Source: Lepidodermella squamata (Eukaryota > Animalia > Gastrotricha). From it: a DNA stretch of 64,000 bases. The stretch lies in NCBI GenBank assembly GCA_047495785.1, contig JBLDXI010000028.1, positions 1,054,001 to 1,118,000 of the forward strand. The letters run 5' to 3'. How positions within the stretch are numbered: position 1 is the first letter of the stretch; each line of letters starts with the position of its first letter. The translations under genes were made by a program, and so were the position numbers. This document shows positions 62,872-64,000 of the stretch, piece after piece. The notes under the pieces are model-generated. The model had not been told where the DNA came from. It worked only from the letters and a program-made list of their open reading frames with translations, and searched no databases.

Positions 62872-63263
62872 TTAAGATGTATTACTGATGGTTCTATAAA
62901 TATCGGATATTTGATTCCAAAGCCTGTCTTATTAGCATATAGTCGACGAAGCCCTTTCTTCTAATTTTGTTCTACCATCCCAAATTTTTTAAACAATTGC
63001 AATGCTTAATGTGAGATACATGTAAATTATCAAATCAATTTGCGCTTGCGTAATAGTGTGTTGTGCGTCGGTGCATTTTTTTCCATGAGATATCAGAGGC
63101 AAGTATTTTCAGTCTTTGTATGATTCTTGTTATATACACATAAATTTCTCGTCTCACGCGTAGCAATCGATGATTCTGTGACTTGACTGTCTATCAAAAT
63201 AAAAATTTGGATTTCATTGTTTAATTGCGCCGTCACTATTTTAGGCATTGCAAGCTTTAAAAA

Positions 63264-64000
63264 ATGGGTAAACGAAAAAGTGCGGAGCTGAAATTGAAAA
63301 ATGTCTCATTGGAAGATCAACTTGCTGCTGATGCTGCTCCTCGGCAAAGGGATCGAAAGAAAGCTAAACTGCCGAGCGATGAACCTTCAGAAGACGTTTC
63401 GGTTATGTCCCTGGCTAAACGAGACATGTTGCTAGCCTCGGAAATGAGATCGGAGAGTGAAAGCGATGGGGAGGAACCGTAGGTTTAAGTCAAATATGAG
63501 GTGATGGTTTACTATGATTAAGCTTTTCTAGGATGATCCAACCTGCCCCGAGGAAGGGGAAACTCATTGCTACTCCCCATTCTGACAGTGAAGATGATTT
63601 GGATGGATTGAGTGAAGCATCCGAGGATGACGCTAGGAGCTATGCCCCGATCGATTATGAAGATAATTCTCATGAATTATACGATGAATTGGTAAAGAAA
63701 TATTAATTATTGGAATTTTGTTTTTTAAGCTGCATTTTTGTAGCAATTAACAGATAATGATGCTGTAATTTTGGATTCATTAACCGGCGGCGCAAAAATG
63801 TCGCTAGCCGAGGCCATGCGTAAAAAATTCGAGCAGAAATTGAATGAAGCTCTCGAGGGTGGGCCGAGTGGCGAGAAGACCGGATTAGACCCTCGCATCG
63901 TAAAATTATATCGCGGTGTTGGGCAAGTTTTGTCGAAATATCGATCTGGGAGATTACCGAAAGCTTTCAAAATCGTACCATCTCTCTCGAATTGGGAAAC
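63264..64000 (+). CDS. BYSL: Bystin (5' part, runs off window)
   Basis: MGKRK..LEDQL start; downstream exon LDPRIVKLYRGVGQVLSKYRSGRLPKAFKIVPSLSNWE. Confidence 0.9.

Overview
Gene-dense stretch of a compact animal (metazoan) nuclear genome: many short AT-rich GT-AG introns (often ~50 bp), a beta-catenin, and TTAGGG-type repeats. Exon structures below were assembled by hand. Ordinary housekeeping genes: FOXRED1, UCHL3, ATP5F1B, a two-domain phosphoethanolamine N-methyltransferase, CEP43/FOP, MPP10 (with an intronic tRNA-Gln), a fused pseudouridine glycosidase/kinase, ATP6V0E and a partial bystin. The accessory content is unusual. (1) Two paralogous H-NOX/PAS/coiled-coil 'soluble guanylyl cyclase' genes keep their heme-sensor residues (one has the O2-type distal Tyr, one does not), but both cyclase domains have lost most catalytic residues. 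(2) Between them lies a Met-like receptor tyrosine kinase with a LamG-SEA-LamG-dead trypsin-like ectodomain, plus a signal-peptide-bearing Crinkler-like gene. (3) A four-copy mosaic array of GPCPD1-like phosphodiesterases, one copy hosting a nested GT25 glycosyltransferase gene and a telomere-repeat-cored foldback element. (4) A divergent beta-catenin. (5) Duplicated mARC genes. (6) Several non-autonomous DNA transposons with readable TIRs and TSDs. Family assignments come from motif recognition only; no searches were run.
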